From the NCBI RefSeq assembly GCF_964355755.1, contig NC_092670.1, positions 1,354,201 to 1,418,200 on the forward strand: a stretch of 64,000 nucleotides of DNA, read 5' to 3'. Within the stretch, counting starts at the first letter, position 1. Every line of letters begins with the position of its first letter. Source of the stretch: Antedon mediterranea. Lineage: Eukaryota > Animalia > Echinodermata. Below are positions 24,749 through 37,759 of this stretch, one piece after another. Below the pieces are notes generated by a model. That model was given only the letters and a program-made list of their open reading frames with translations, was not told where the DNA came from and made no database searches. The position numbers were made by a program, and so were the translations under genes.

Positions 24749-25340
24749 GTTGTCACTACAATTTCTGGTTTATTTTCTGAAAGAAAAAATGACACTTTAG
24801 AAGTATTAGCTAAATATTTAAAATTATATCAATCATATGATAAAATAAATTCATTTAATATCCTAAAGCTCGGTGTACACTATCAAACTAGTTTGACAAA
24901 AAAGGTATGATTTGCCCAAATATAGTAGTGATATACCCAAATATACCTTCATCATGTCCATATATGGGCACATCACATTTTGTTTTTGTCACTTAAAGTG
25001 TAGAAAAAAACAAAAACTAGTTTCATTTTTAAAGATCAAAAGTATAGAGAGGTTTCACAATCAATATAATAGAATATTTGAAAATTCCTAGCATTTGTGC
25101 TTAGATAGCCTCCAATAAAACATTGACAATTGTATAATATGGTGATTGAATTATTAAAATATAGACGAGGCAAACCCATAAAGTAAAAATCAATTGGAAA
25201 AAGAAATCCAATTGAAAAACTTGTATTGGAAAGCAATTATAATGAAACAATGAATATACACCTATAATGCATCAAAACTAAATGCCATTATTTATAGATA
25301 CCTTGATTTTAATATATATACAAAGGCAAATTACTTATAA

Positions 25341-25560
25341 AATGACAATGTTGTGGGTATCAGTGGCTGGATCTCAATAAAGATACAAAATAAAATAAGC
25401 ACCGAACAAATGACAATGCTGTGGGTATCAGTGGCTGGATATCAATGAAGATACAAAATAAATAAGCAAAAAGCTAAATCAAAACAATAAAGTAAAACAG
25501 CCAGAAAAATTAGCAGAGCTTTCGGGCAACACCATCCCTTTGTCTGTGCAAGTGAGAGTA
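25341..25560 (-). mobile_element. Penelope-like element remnant with a degenerate hammerhead-like motif
   Basis: The minus strand reads CAGACAAAGGG-ATGGTGTTG-CCCGAAAG (25546-25518), followed by a T-rich tract and a tandemly duplicated ~67-bp segment (25341-25462). Confidence 0.4.
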
Positions 25561-27272
25561 CTTAGAAACAGTAGATGATTTTAATATTTAATATATATGT
25601 ATACAACAAAGTAGAAACTGCCTGAAAACAACATTGTTTAACAAAAATTACATCATCAAAACAAAATAATCTTTAGCTTTACTAACCTCAGTTCTTGGCC
25701 GTTGAAGACTATAACATTTTAGAAGCTTGAGTTTAATGTGTGGTAGTGAAACACAGCTTTTGTGTGAATAATTCTGTCTTCTTAATTTGATACTGTGTTA
25801 TTTACCACATTGCTGTTACCTTGTAACCCTTGCTTAAAATGGCTTCTTCAGTGTAGATTGATATCGTATGACTATTATACTTGTGACGTAGTCTACTAAA
25901 CAATCAAAATACTGTACTTTCAGTTTAAACGATGAATAGAGACTTTGTGTTATATTATAACAGATTTTCCAAAGACCTAATACAATATCTACAAAGAACA
26001 CCTAAAGTATCCATCATACAACAATACAGAATAGTTTTGAACCTGGGAGTTGTTGTAGTTTTGTAGACTGTTCATGTTGTGGTGTTTGGATCCGAGTATT
26101 CCATACACTAAATTTGATTAAATTATTAAAAAGTACATCTTTGTAGCAACAATTCATTTTCATTTATTGCTAGGATATACAGTATAATACATTTGTAAGA
26201 TGATTAAAATGAATAAAAAGAGATCGTAGAGAGATTGCTTGCAAGCCTAGTTTCAAGCTGATGCATTCTCACATCCTAACAGTTACTTATTTTGTTACTA
26301 TAATTGTAATGTTATTATTAATTTTTAAAATTCAAATAGCTTTTAATTTGCTATAAGTATATTTTCTGAAGAAGACTTTAAATAAATTAACACAATATTT
26401 TCTCCTTGCTATTATTATTATTTCACTTGAATATTCTACAACATTTGATAAGATTAAAATATTTTTGAACTTAATTTCTAGACATACTGTTATTATACTC
26501 ATGTTTAATTGTCCAAGTCAATGAACATCCGGCAATGCACCCACACCTAAAAATATATTAGTAAACTCTCTAAACTAAATTGGACATACACTGTACAATA
26601 ACACACAATTGATTTTTGGTTGTTCAATATTACACTGAAATATTTGCCTACATTTTAAAAAAGAATTTATCCTTATTTATTAAAAAAATATATCTAGATA
26701 TAAAAGTGTACTGTTGGATTATTCTTATTGGTATAAAAAATGTTTACATAGAATAATTAGCCATGGTCAGTGGTAAAGATGTATCACTTTTCACTCATAA
26801 CCTTACAACCAAATCCAGGGAGAAATCAAGAATTTTGGATACAGCGGGTACTGTACATACATACTTAATATAATTACTATTACTTGTACTACTATCAAGT
26901 GCGAGAATAATACAAAGCCTTTTTAATGGACATTCATTTTAACTCCATTAGAAATTCTCTTAAAAGCCCACATAGGGCCAAAAGTATTTGGTAAACGCTG
27001 TGCAGTTGACTATAGTCTGTAACCAATTCAGTATGTGTAATTGCTGGCTCTTATCCTAGGCTCAACCTATAATAGGCAACACATTGCTGTGTACATCAAA
27101 ATTACTGTCTAAAAAGGTAATTCCTGAAGTTCTCATGCTGCCATAGGTTCTAGCAATGACACTTTGTATGCATCACTAGTATTGTAAATTGTAGGTCTTG
27201 TCCTAGGCTCAAGCAATCAGTGACACGTTGTGCTGTATCACTAGCTGTCCATCATAGTTCTTGTGTCTAGAC

Positions 27273-30200
27273 TCAAGCTGTTGGTGACACGTTGCTGTAT
27301 TCGTCACGAATACTGTCTAAAAAGCTCATTCCTGAAGTGCTCATGGTTGTCTGTTGCTGTTTGAAAGACTGCTGTCGTTTCTAATGTACAAATTAAACAT
27401 AATAAATGTAAAAAAAACAATTTAGCAAAATTTGTTGTCTGTCTATGTTACAATGTTGTCACTTGGTAATAATATTGAACTCAAAATGTACAGGAAATTA
27501 AATTTCAAACCTTGTTGGAAAATAAACGTATACTGTCAGACGGAAAGTCTTTATACTTCAAAGATTGGAGTCGGGCTATAAAACAATTGGGGACTTTTTG
27601 GTCTATAACAGAATTGTAAGTCTTAGAGATTTGATTCCCACATTATTAATAAAGCATAATGGGAAAATAGAATACTTCAAGCTCATGAATGACAGCTGCC
27701 AATCTCCCAAGTAAAATGGGAAACAGATTTTAAAAATAAGACTATGGGACAAAATATGGAATAATAAAGTCAAAGATATGAAACATATGGTATAAGTTGC
27801 GCAATTCAATTTTTTTTTACATTGCATACATGTAATAAAAGATTAAATATTTGGAAATTGTCTAAAACTAATATTTGAAATAGATATAAGAATATGCATG
27901 TAATCAGTATAAAGCAGTTACAAAATGAAATAATGTTAAAATTAAATTATTGGAATTCATAAAATAAGAAAAATATAAAACTAGTACAGGCTGTAGTGTA
28001 TATATACAGTATTATATAAACATTTAAGACTAAAGGTATAATGGAAATAATAACTATACTAGTAGTTAATAAAGTTATGTAATAATGTAATAAAGCAGTT
28101 GAATTAAGGTTAGGCATAACATATAATTGTAACACAGCTGCTATGATAGTATGCTATATATGAAATAATGTTTAACATAAAATCATACCTATATACATCA
28201 TAAAACTAGACAACAAACACTATGCCTATACTAAAACCAAAATATGATAGAAATAAATGTATTAGGGTAAAACATAGACTGAAACACACGGTCTCAAACA
28301 TATAAGTAAACAAACAAATATAAATGGCCAACATAGTAAGAACAGAATTTTAAGGTTTAGAAACAGTGGAATGAAAGAAATGTAATACAAGGCCAAAACA
28401 TAAAAAGTAACATATAATATAGAAACTATGTAAACTGATTCGTGAAGGTAAATAGATTTATTAATGTGTGTATGGATGTACTGTATATACTTGTAATGGA
28501 TGTAATATAAGGTCAAACCAAAAAAGAAACATACAAATTGTGTGTACTAATTTAAAATTTAATAAAGGTACGATTTGCTCTAAATGTAAAATGAATCAAA
28601 TCAGGAATGAGAAAAAAAAATGTTGTCACATGGTAGAGCTGTGTTCTGATCCCTTTGTGCAGAGGCAAAATGCAGAGGCCTTAAGTGGCCTTCCAACGGC
28701 TTTTTTGACATATTTAAATGCTTTTCTTTTCTTCCAGGCCCTGCTAACATAAGTCTCAGTGCCCCTGGTCAGGGCCAGTGAGCGCTCATAGCTGTTACAT
28801 TACTGCTTTTGTGACAACTTTTAACGTTTTTGCTAACCAAGTTATGGTGTTGGTTAACTAATTAAAGCAATTAAAACAAATAGCTAACTTACAAGCAAAG
28901 CTTCTCTATCTTCTCGTTCTTTCTTTTCACTTGAAGATGTTGATTTCTAAAAACACAAATAGACATTATTAACAAGTATGTTACACACATTGGATTTGTG
29001 TAACATGTAGTGTAATATGACATTTTTTGTGTAGAAGATCAGTATGTTTATGTTTATTGCCAACTTTAAGAATGCTAATAACTAAACTCTCTTGGCAATT
29101 TACCTAAATTGAAAATATACTGGATATATTTATGATGGTTCCCTAACAAACTATTTAATTAGTTAAGAAACAATTGACCACTGTGACTTACCACTGGACT
29201 AACTGACCATGGTGCATTATCCTGATCTGAAAGAGCATCGGAGTCTGTTTTTGATCTGAGCATGCTCAATGAACTGTCTTCTTTCTTTAATTCACGATTA
29301 CAAGATTTGAGAAAGGTAACTACATCTTCATGATCATATTCCTCAGCGATGGTTAAAGGAGTTCTGTCGTTAGTGTCGCGGACATCAATCATTGCACGGT
29401 TTGCTACTAGCCACTTGCATGATTCTAGTTGACCACTGCAAATACAAAGTATAAAATTAAATTAACACTGCAAAAATATTGATATTACTTTCAAAATTGC
29501 AAATGTATGCAGTATTTCAAAATGAAAAATCTATTCTTAAAAACTAAAATAATTTTGCAGAAAAACTAAGATCTTTATGTTTCCTGGTTCTTTTCTCACA
29601 CAGTACATAAAAAGAAAGAAATAATGACTTGAATAGTTCATTTACCTCATTGCTGACAGATGCAGAGGTGTCTGGCGGTCAACAGTTCGGGATCCCACAG
29701 ACATGCCCATGGCAGTCAAGACCATCATAACATTCACATGTCCATTTATAGCAGCCAGATGAAGACCAGTGTAACCAGTAGGAGTTTCTGCATTGATGTC
29801 TGCATCAGAAATTGTCAAAAACTTGACCACATCTAGCTGACCGTTTGCAGAGGAGGTTAATAGAGGTGTAAAGCCTTGTTCATCTTTGAGTCTGACAGGA
29901 AGAGATATAATCAACAGTGGAGGTGACAAAATAGTGCTATTCAAATATTGCATAAAAGTTCAGTGGGGTAAAGTTTGATTCTAAATTGGAAGCACCGAAA
30001 CAACGTAAGCGCAACACAGCCAATACCGTATTAAGCTTAAAGGCTGTGCAGTCAATTCAGGCAAAGTGATTTGTATTTAATGTTCTCAACCTTATCATTT
30101 GCTTATTATTTCTTTCTAGTTTCCAAACTCTTTAGAATTTGAGATAAAAGAAAAACACAATTTTCCAATCATAAATAAAGTTTTGTTTTATATACAATGA

Positions 30201-33200
30201 AATTAAAGATTTTAAACAGTATATTGAAGGTCATTTATTCTTTAAAATCGTTTTCTTAGGTACTAACAAAAAGTTTTAGATTTCTCAAAAAAACTTACTC
30301 TTTCAACTCTGGTTTAAGATTTAGCAATTGTTTAACTCTATTCAGATTTCCTTTCCTACAACACACATGAATGCTGTCACCAGAAAGCAATGCTTCCTCT
30401 TTTTGCCTTTCCTCCTCTTTTTTCAGTTCTTCTTCTTCCCTTTTTATTCGTTCTCTTTCCTCACGTGCATGAATACCAGCCTTAAATTACAGACATTGGA
30501 AATATTAATTAAAATTTATTTTAAAAAAAGAAATTCATTCTTCTTCTTTAAATTAAAGAGTTTTTAGTAATTTTAACTATTAGTAAATTTTAAAAAAGGA
30601 TAAAAACAAGATGACAATCAATCAGTTATACCTCAAATCCTGCCATGTAATCCCTTCTTTGACGTTCACTGTCACTAGACGGCGGTCGAGGTGTAAAATG
30701 ATCATCTTCTGAAACTTCTTCAATTTTTCTTAATGTTCTTGGTTGTTGAGGTAAAGACTCTGTTTGATACTGCACGCTGTCAACTGGTTGATGTTCAGAA
30801 GATCCACCAGTATCGCGATACCGACCATGACCACCACTCGAGCCAGTTTCTCTGCTGTGACCTCTTTGATCTTTGTTATTTCTAGAATTCTCTCCCTTCT
30901 CATCTTCACTATCACTGCCACTGGATGAACTATCACTACTTTCTCCAGAACTATCCGTGTCATCAGACTCGCTTCTTTCGTCTTGTTTTCCATCCACTTC
31001 ATCTTCACTCTCGCTCTCACTGGATGATGTACTCTCATTGCTCTGTTTTGTGCGACTATCACGACTTGTTTGGCTTCCTCTACTACCATCACTGTCATAA
31101 CCAGTGCTAGTGTTTTCAACGATTATCATTCTCTGCAGTCGTGGTTCTTCCTCAGCGTAAGTGTCACTATCAGCACTTCTCTCTACATAACTTGTTTGTG
31201 AGTCGGTTTCAGAATCTGAATCTGATGCATATAAATATAGAAATATTTATCCTTATTAAACCTTAGATATAATAATAATAATCACTTGTGAAAAGAGCAG
31301 AGGAATGTTTTTGCGATATCTTGATATTTTATAAAAACATTATTATTGGAAACTACTCACAAATTAGTTTATTATGAACCACAATTTGGAATTTAAAATC
31401 GTCTTTTCTCATCTTCTATAAGTGCGTGTTTCTTTTGTACTCAACTATCTTTGCTTTTACCTATATTACTACATGTCCAAATACTGTAGCACTGATGAAG
31501 GAACACATTGACACAGCAGGATAGGTTTTTAGAAGTTACATTATTTATTATAATTATCTAAATCATGTTTTTTTGTATAGGTTTCAAATGGCAAATCTTG
31601 GGGAAATTTGGTAACATTATGGCCAATTTTATTATTAGGATCTAAAAATGTGAAATTATGTAAACTAAATCTTCTTACCCATAGTGATGTTACCAACAGG
31701 TAAAGTTCTAGTTGTCTTGCCATCCTCATCCTGACCAGATAACCATTTATCACAGAGGAATTCGTACACCACATCATCTTGGAACTCTTTCACTTGCACC
31801 TTCTCTAAAAACCATCCACAACCTAAATAAATAAACCAGTTTATAGTTTGATATAAAAAATAAAACTCACACACAGTATAAAACAGACAAGACTTGTCAC
31901 CAAGCCTCACACACAGTATAAAACAGACAAGACTTGTCACCAAGCCTCACACACAGTATAAAACAGACAAGACTTGTCACCAAGCCTCACACACAGTATA
32001 AAACAGACAAGACTTGTCACCAAGCCTCCACTCACACACAGTATAAAACAGACAAGACTTGTCACCAAGCCTCACACACAGTATAAAACAGACAAGACTT
32101 GTCACCAAGCCTCACACACAGTATAAAACAGACAAGACTTGTCACCAAGCCTCCACTCTCCACGCAATTTCAACACATTGGATTATTCATAAATTTTACT
32201 CAGCTTCTTTGATGCTAATTCCTAAACATAAATGTGTAAAACTTACCCAGCTCTTTCCTGTCATGACCAATTTCAACACATTGCAATTTCCCCACAAAAA
32301 ATGATTCCACTTTAAAAACATCAACCTATACAAAAAGGAAAAGAATAGTTTCTGTTACGGTCTGTTGAGACAAAAAAGTGGGTTCAAGTCCTGTCATATG
32401 TCATTTTTTTTTCTTATGACAAATACAACTCCACTCCCAAAGACTTGTACAGTAATTGGACTTTGTTTATGTAGAGCATCTTGTGTATTGTTTGTCACCA
32501 TTAAGAAAGATAGTGAATGAATTCGCTTATGGTTTTCCTTGGCAATTTGCCTAAATATATAATTTAAAAAAAAAAATATTTAAATAAAAAAAAAACACAA
32601 ACCTGGCCTCTTTGAAACTTTGCTTTCTTGTTCTGACTTGTATCTCTTGGTTGCTTCAGCTTTATTTTCCCTGTATTGCCATTTTCACCAAATAATGTAA
32701 TAACAATATCTGCATGTGTACTTGCACCAAGCCTGTCACCAGTGTGAATTAGCAACTCGTAAATTGACCTACGGCCAGACTTGATCCTTGGCCCGTGTTT
32801 TAAGTGTTCGTAATCTTCATTTGCAGGAGGAGGATCTACTTGTACCCCTATTTCTGGAGAAGGAGAATCGGTCTGTGTCTCCTGATCAGGTGGTGTCTGC
32901 GCCTCTGTAGAAATCATTGTCTGCGTTGATATCTCAAGCTGCGTTTGTGTTGCCATTTCCGGCATAGTTTGTGTGGAAATGGTCGGTGGAATGGGCACAG
33001 TTTGGGTGGATATTGTCGGTGGAGGAGGTACAGTCTGGGTGGATATTGTTGGGGGTGGGGGCTTAGTTTGAGTAGATGATGTAACTGGTTGAGGTTTTGT
33101 TTGAATTGCCATATCTGCTTGGTAAGGGTCTGTCATGCTTTCTTCATTGTTGGATCTGCGTGTTTGGGTGTCTTTAGAATTTTCTTTCTCTACAGTTTGT

Positions 33201-36200
33201 GTGCTAATTTCACGACCTGTCTGTGTTGTGTTGTCGATGCTGTAAAGATCTGGATTGTCTGGCTTTGCCGTTGATTCCGTTTCCTCTTCTTCTTCCTCTT
33301 CATCATTGACATCAACTTGTGCCATCTGAATACTAATAAAAAATAATACTACTAGTAAACTTTCAGAACCAAAAAAGTGTCCTTTTAATAGTTTTAATAT
33401 ATTTGTTTGGATTATTACTTCTTAAAGTTTATCCTAATTGAAAGCTGTGCTGTTAAAGTTTGATCTAAAAACCTTGTATGTAAATATGAACAATCACTGC
33501 CTACCTCAACCATTCTGGAACCTGATTGGATGAATTAGCTTGATTCACTGCAGCCTGATTTATTGGTACAAGGATGTTCATTGGTTCATCTTCAGAAACT
33601 TCAGATTCTGATTCTGATGTATCATCATAATTCTGCGGAGTCTGATTATACAAGATTTAAATTACTGTACAGTATTGTCGCAAATATAAAACTTTAAACT
33701 GTTTACTATTAATTATTGTAATAAAATTCATGATTTTCAAATGTCATATCATCATCATAGTATATTCTAATCATAATATTCATTTTATAATCATCAAAGT
33801 ATAATATACACAGTACCAACCTTCTTAGAAATTCTGATTTTTCTTCCTGAGATATCATAACCAAACCTAGCTGAGCTTGGTTGTGATTGGTCCGTTAGAC
33901 CAACAGCTGACTTGGGGCGACTGTTCTTATGGTTGCCATTAACTTCCTGTCGCCGCATTCCATACGAGGATTTAGGTCGCGTTGGTGATCTTCTTTTTGA
34001 TTCCTCATTGCCATTTATACTTGGTAGACTGCTCCTGTTTCGACTATTATTCACTCTGTAAGCCTGATAAAGAGAAATAATGGTTAATGTTCTTGCTTTC
34101 AATCCTATGGTTCTGGGTTCAAAAATGATCTAATTGATCAGACTCAATTTAATTTTGTGGATTTTCTTTAATATATCGACATATAATTATATTACACACC
34201 CCTAAAAATCAGTGTTTGTCATGTCATTATAAAACAAAGCATAAACATAATTTGAGTGTATGTCATATATTCCAAAAACTCAATCAAAATACGCACCTTA
34301 GCTGAATACTTGGGGTTGTTCAGGTTATCTAATGGAACCGTTTCCTAAAAAAAAACATTAACATTTGTTAATCATTATAAAAAATCATCACATTCATTAT
34401 ACAAAATACATTGATTATAATTTATGTTTTTTCTTTTCACATAAAGGTTTATGTGAAAAGATTAATTTAGACTAGTGCACTTAGTATTTATGTGCAAATG
34501 TTTTGACAGGAATTCTTACTGTTGCCACTAGCAATCTTGTTGCATTGTTCACCAATCTGGTAGCCTCGCCCTTTGACAGCATTGGACCGTGCCGTGACCG
34601 TATTAACACCGGGCCACCTTTAAAGTTACCACGTCTTATAAAGGAAAAAAAATATTCTCTAGTTAGTTTAAAAATGAAATAAACTAGTGTGTTTATTTAT
34701 CCTTTCTTACTATGAAACGTCCAATTGTTAAGAGTTGCTAAACAATGTGGACATTGATTTCTAATTCTCAGTTGTTCAATTTTTTTTTAGTAGACTTACC
34801 GTTTTTTTGGTGATGATTTTGGTTTAGCAACGTTTGTGTAAGGACTCTGAAATGATAAAATTCAATCAATTTAAACAAACCAAATATTACGGAGCAAAAT
34901 GCATACTCTTTCTAATCTACTTAAGCAAAAAACCCTGGTAAGCAAGAGCAAAAACCACTTCTCAGAATTAAGTTAAGTAGTATTAAAGTTAGCTGAATTG
35001 GATACAATTTTGGTATGATACTACATATCAGGGCCGTAGCCACCAGTAGGTAAGTGACCACCTGACAACTTTTTCTGAGAGGCCTTTGACCACCCAGTGG
35101 CTTGAACAGAGATTGTTCCCTTTCCTTGTGAATACCGAACCCCTTTATTTAGTGTAACAACATCACTGCATATCATATAAATGCAGGTGAGTAGTGCAGC
35201 TGTTTCTGCTCTATTGCATTATAATGTACTTAGTGCTATTCTTGCAGTCGTTACAATGCTAATGCAGTACGAGACCTGCCTTATACAGTAATGTAATTCA
35301 ATGTTTAACTGAATAAAAAAATAACACTTACAATAGGATAGGTATTTATCATATATTGATCAACGTCTTTCCTAAAAGATGATAAAAATGTATTGAATAC
35401 AGTATATGCATTAAATAAATGTATTATTATACAGAAACATTGCAAGAGAGTGAATATGGTGACTTGCACAGGAAACCCAACAAGTGAAAAAATAAACTGG
35501 ATCTCTTTTTAAAATACTATATATCCTCGAGTATAATTCCACTGCAGGTCTATTGCACCTGCTTTATGTCTGATTTCACAAACAGGCATATACCCCAGTA
35601 TAGACTTTCTATTTGAATGTTAGCCTCATTTATAACCAGTTCTGATGAGTTTTTACAATAAATACTTACTAATGTTTTATTTTCCTCCGTCCCACCCACC
35701 AAAGTCGGCTCAATTTTGTGTTCTAGTAGGGTGGGATATATCAGAGGATATATGGTACCTTAATAACCATGTGTATTCCAATCTTATTGTTTTTCTATTC
35801 AGCAATATTATCATTTTATGATGCATGTGATCACAACTACAGTACTGTAGTGCTTTGAATGCTTTCCAAGCCTTTTTAATGGAAAGTAGTTTAAACATAA
35901 GTCTAAAAATATATACTAAGAAAAACCAGAAAATAGAATAATTATTTCACCTGATATCAGACTCCCTCTTTGTATTGGGTCTGCACGTCATATTATTCAG
36001 TTGACGACGAACACGAGTTTCTCTGAAGTAATGTTTCAAGGCTCTATCGTGCAAACCATCATACATTAATGTAGGTCTCTGAAAAAAATTAGTTGCATTT
36101 TTATATTTATAAATGTTTTATACAAAGTGTTTGAATGGTTTTCACCTTGTGCCTTGAGACAGTACATGGGTGAAAAGAAGAGGCAAAAGAAAGAAAGGTT

Positions 36201-37759
36201 ACAGTGGATGAAGAGGAAAAAAGAAGAAACTATCTATTAAATTATTTAATGTACAATTTTAACATATTTTTATTTAAGTTTGTTTCATAGTATTTATTAT
36301 CTGTTTTCTGTTTCATACTTTTGTTGTTGTTGGTTTTGCTGAAATAAAATAAACAACTTATTTTGAGCATTACTGCTGTGCAGTCTTTGAGTTTCTCTCT
36401 GCTTTCTCTTCAAATTAAAATAAGGGTGTACAATGCCAACTAAGTGAATAATAAATAATTTAATTGAAATACGTATTTCAATTAAATTATTTATTGTGTG
36501 TCACATTGTAATAAAGGTAAAGTTAATTACAATACAAGCGTTCGTTTCCATTTATGTTTTACTGTAAATAAAGAATGGTGGCAAAGCAGGTGGCAACCTC
36601 TTTGGCCAACCGCATTATCAATAATTTGCTTTGTAATTTTTATGATGGTGATTTAGTTGGTAAGTAGAGTTATTGTATTCATTTCCTCAATGGATTTACA
36701 AAAATTACAAAAGTTAGTGATACAAATCACATCCAGTGGATGTAAAAGAGAAGAAAAAACACCCACAATAAGAAGATACCATTCATATAAAAGGTAGGTC
36801 TGTTGATATTTATTAAAAAGCATTTATTTTCTCAGATTTTAATATATTTATTAGGTTGGGTATCAAAGATAAGTACTGTAGGCCTATTTTGACTTATACA
36901 TTAACGTTTTTATTGTGGTCTTAATTGTACGAGACTTTACATAAACACAATTAATTTCATTCTCTACAAAATTCCTTTTCTTTAATTCTCGTATTGAGTA
37001 ACGCATAAATAAACAACCCATGATCTTAGAATAATTCTTATAAATAGTAACCATGGTAACAATAATATCGCCAGAAGCAGTAATAATATAATGGGTTTAT
37101 GGTTTCATAATAACATCCAAATTAACAATACCGCAACAATAGTATCGAATAATGAATAAATTAAAGATTTTTTATGACTAGATTCTATTACAATAACATT
37201 GGGAATCATGATTGCAATAGCTATACAGTATTATACTGTACAAACAACATTTTCTTCTCAAAACCTGTAGTTTCAAATACTGTACCAAATTATTAACATT
37301 TTACTTACATACTGTAGATATTACACATTGGTACTTATACTTACCTATACTTATTTGCACTGACTTATTGTTATTAGTGATGTATAAGCCAACACAGTGC
37401 ATGTTTACATTCATTCATGACATTTTACTTTAATAAGTACAGTACATACTTAATCATTCATAAAGTGTACAGTTATTTAATGAGTAGTTAATCTTATGCA
37501 CAAACCATTCAGTACTATTTACAGTAGGCCTACAGCAGTACTAGTGTGTGACGCAGCTTAAAAGTGCATATGTACACGTCACGGTCACCACAAATTTCTT
37601 CTAAGTAAACATAAGTTACAGTGCTGTATTTTATAGTTATTCTACGGATTTTATAGTGTATTTTATTAACATACTTACAGGTTTCTTTTGGGGATAATGT
37701 CGCTGAGGTTGATTTGGACCAGAAAGATCAAATGCATCCTCCAGCCTTTTAACTTCCAT
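27273..37759 (-). CDS. Uncharacterised multi-exon protein: TQT-repeat region, PLAT/LH2 domain, Ser/acidic tract, ankyrin repeats
   Basis: Approximate exons: 37759-37679, 36078-35951, 35371-35332, 34847-34800, 34634-34520, 34345-34297, 34063-33821, 33641-33505, 33325-32603, 32324-32247, 31821-31679, 31220-30632, 30481-30299, 29892-29646, 29436-29181, 28946-28893, 27380-27273. PLAT: YELLIHTGDRLGASTHADIVITLFGENG...GWFLEKVQV...FLCDKWL. ANK: GFTPLLTSSANGQLDVVKFL, GYTGLHLAAINGHVNVM, QTPLHLSA, RTPLTIA. Confidence 0.75.
31867..32158. repeat. Intronic minisatellite, 40-bp unit, about 7 copies
   Basis: cacacacagtataaaacagacaagacttgtcaccaagcct repeated in tandem. Confidence 0.95.

Noticed and set aside
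27095-27350. Degenerate duplication of the last coding exon sequence in the 3' UTR of the PLAT/ankyrin gene
   Set aside because: It is a real but short local duplication with no acceptor or frame support, so no function can be argued.
28626-28791. Short open frame on the minus strand as an alternative last exon of the PLAT/ankyrin gene
   Set aside because: Its acceptor phase does not match the phase-0 donor of the upstream exon, and there is no recognisable homology.
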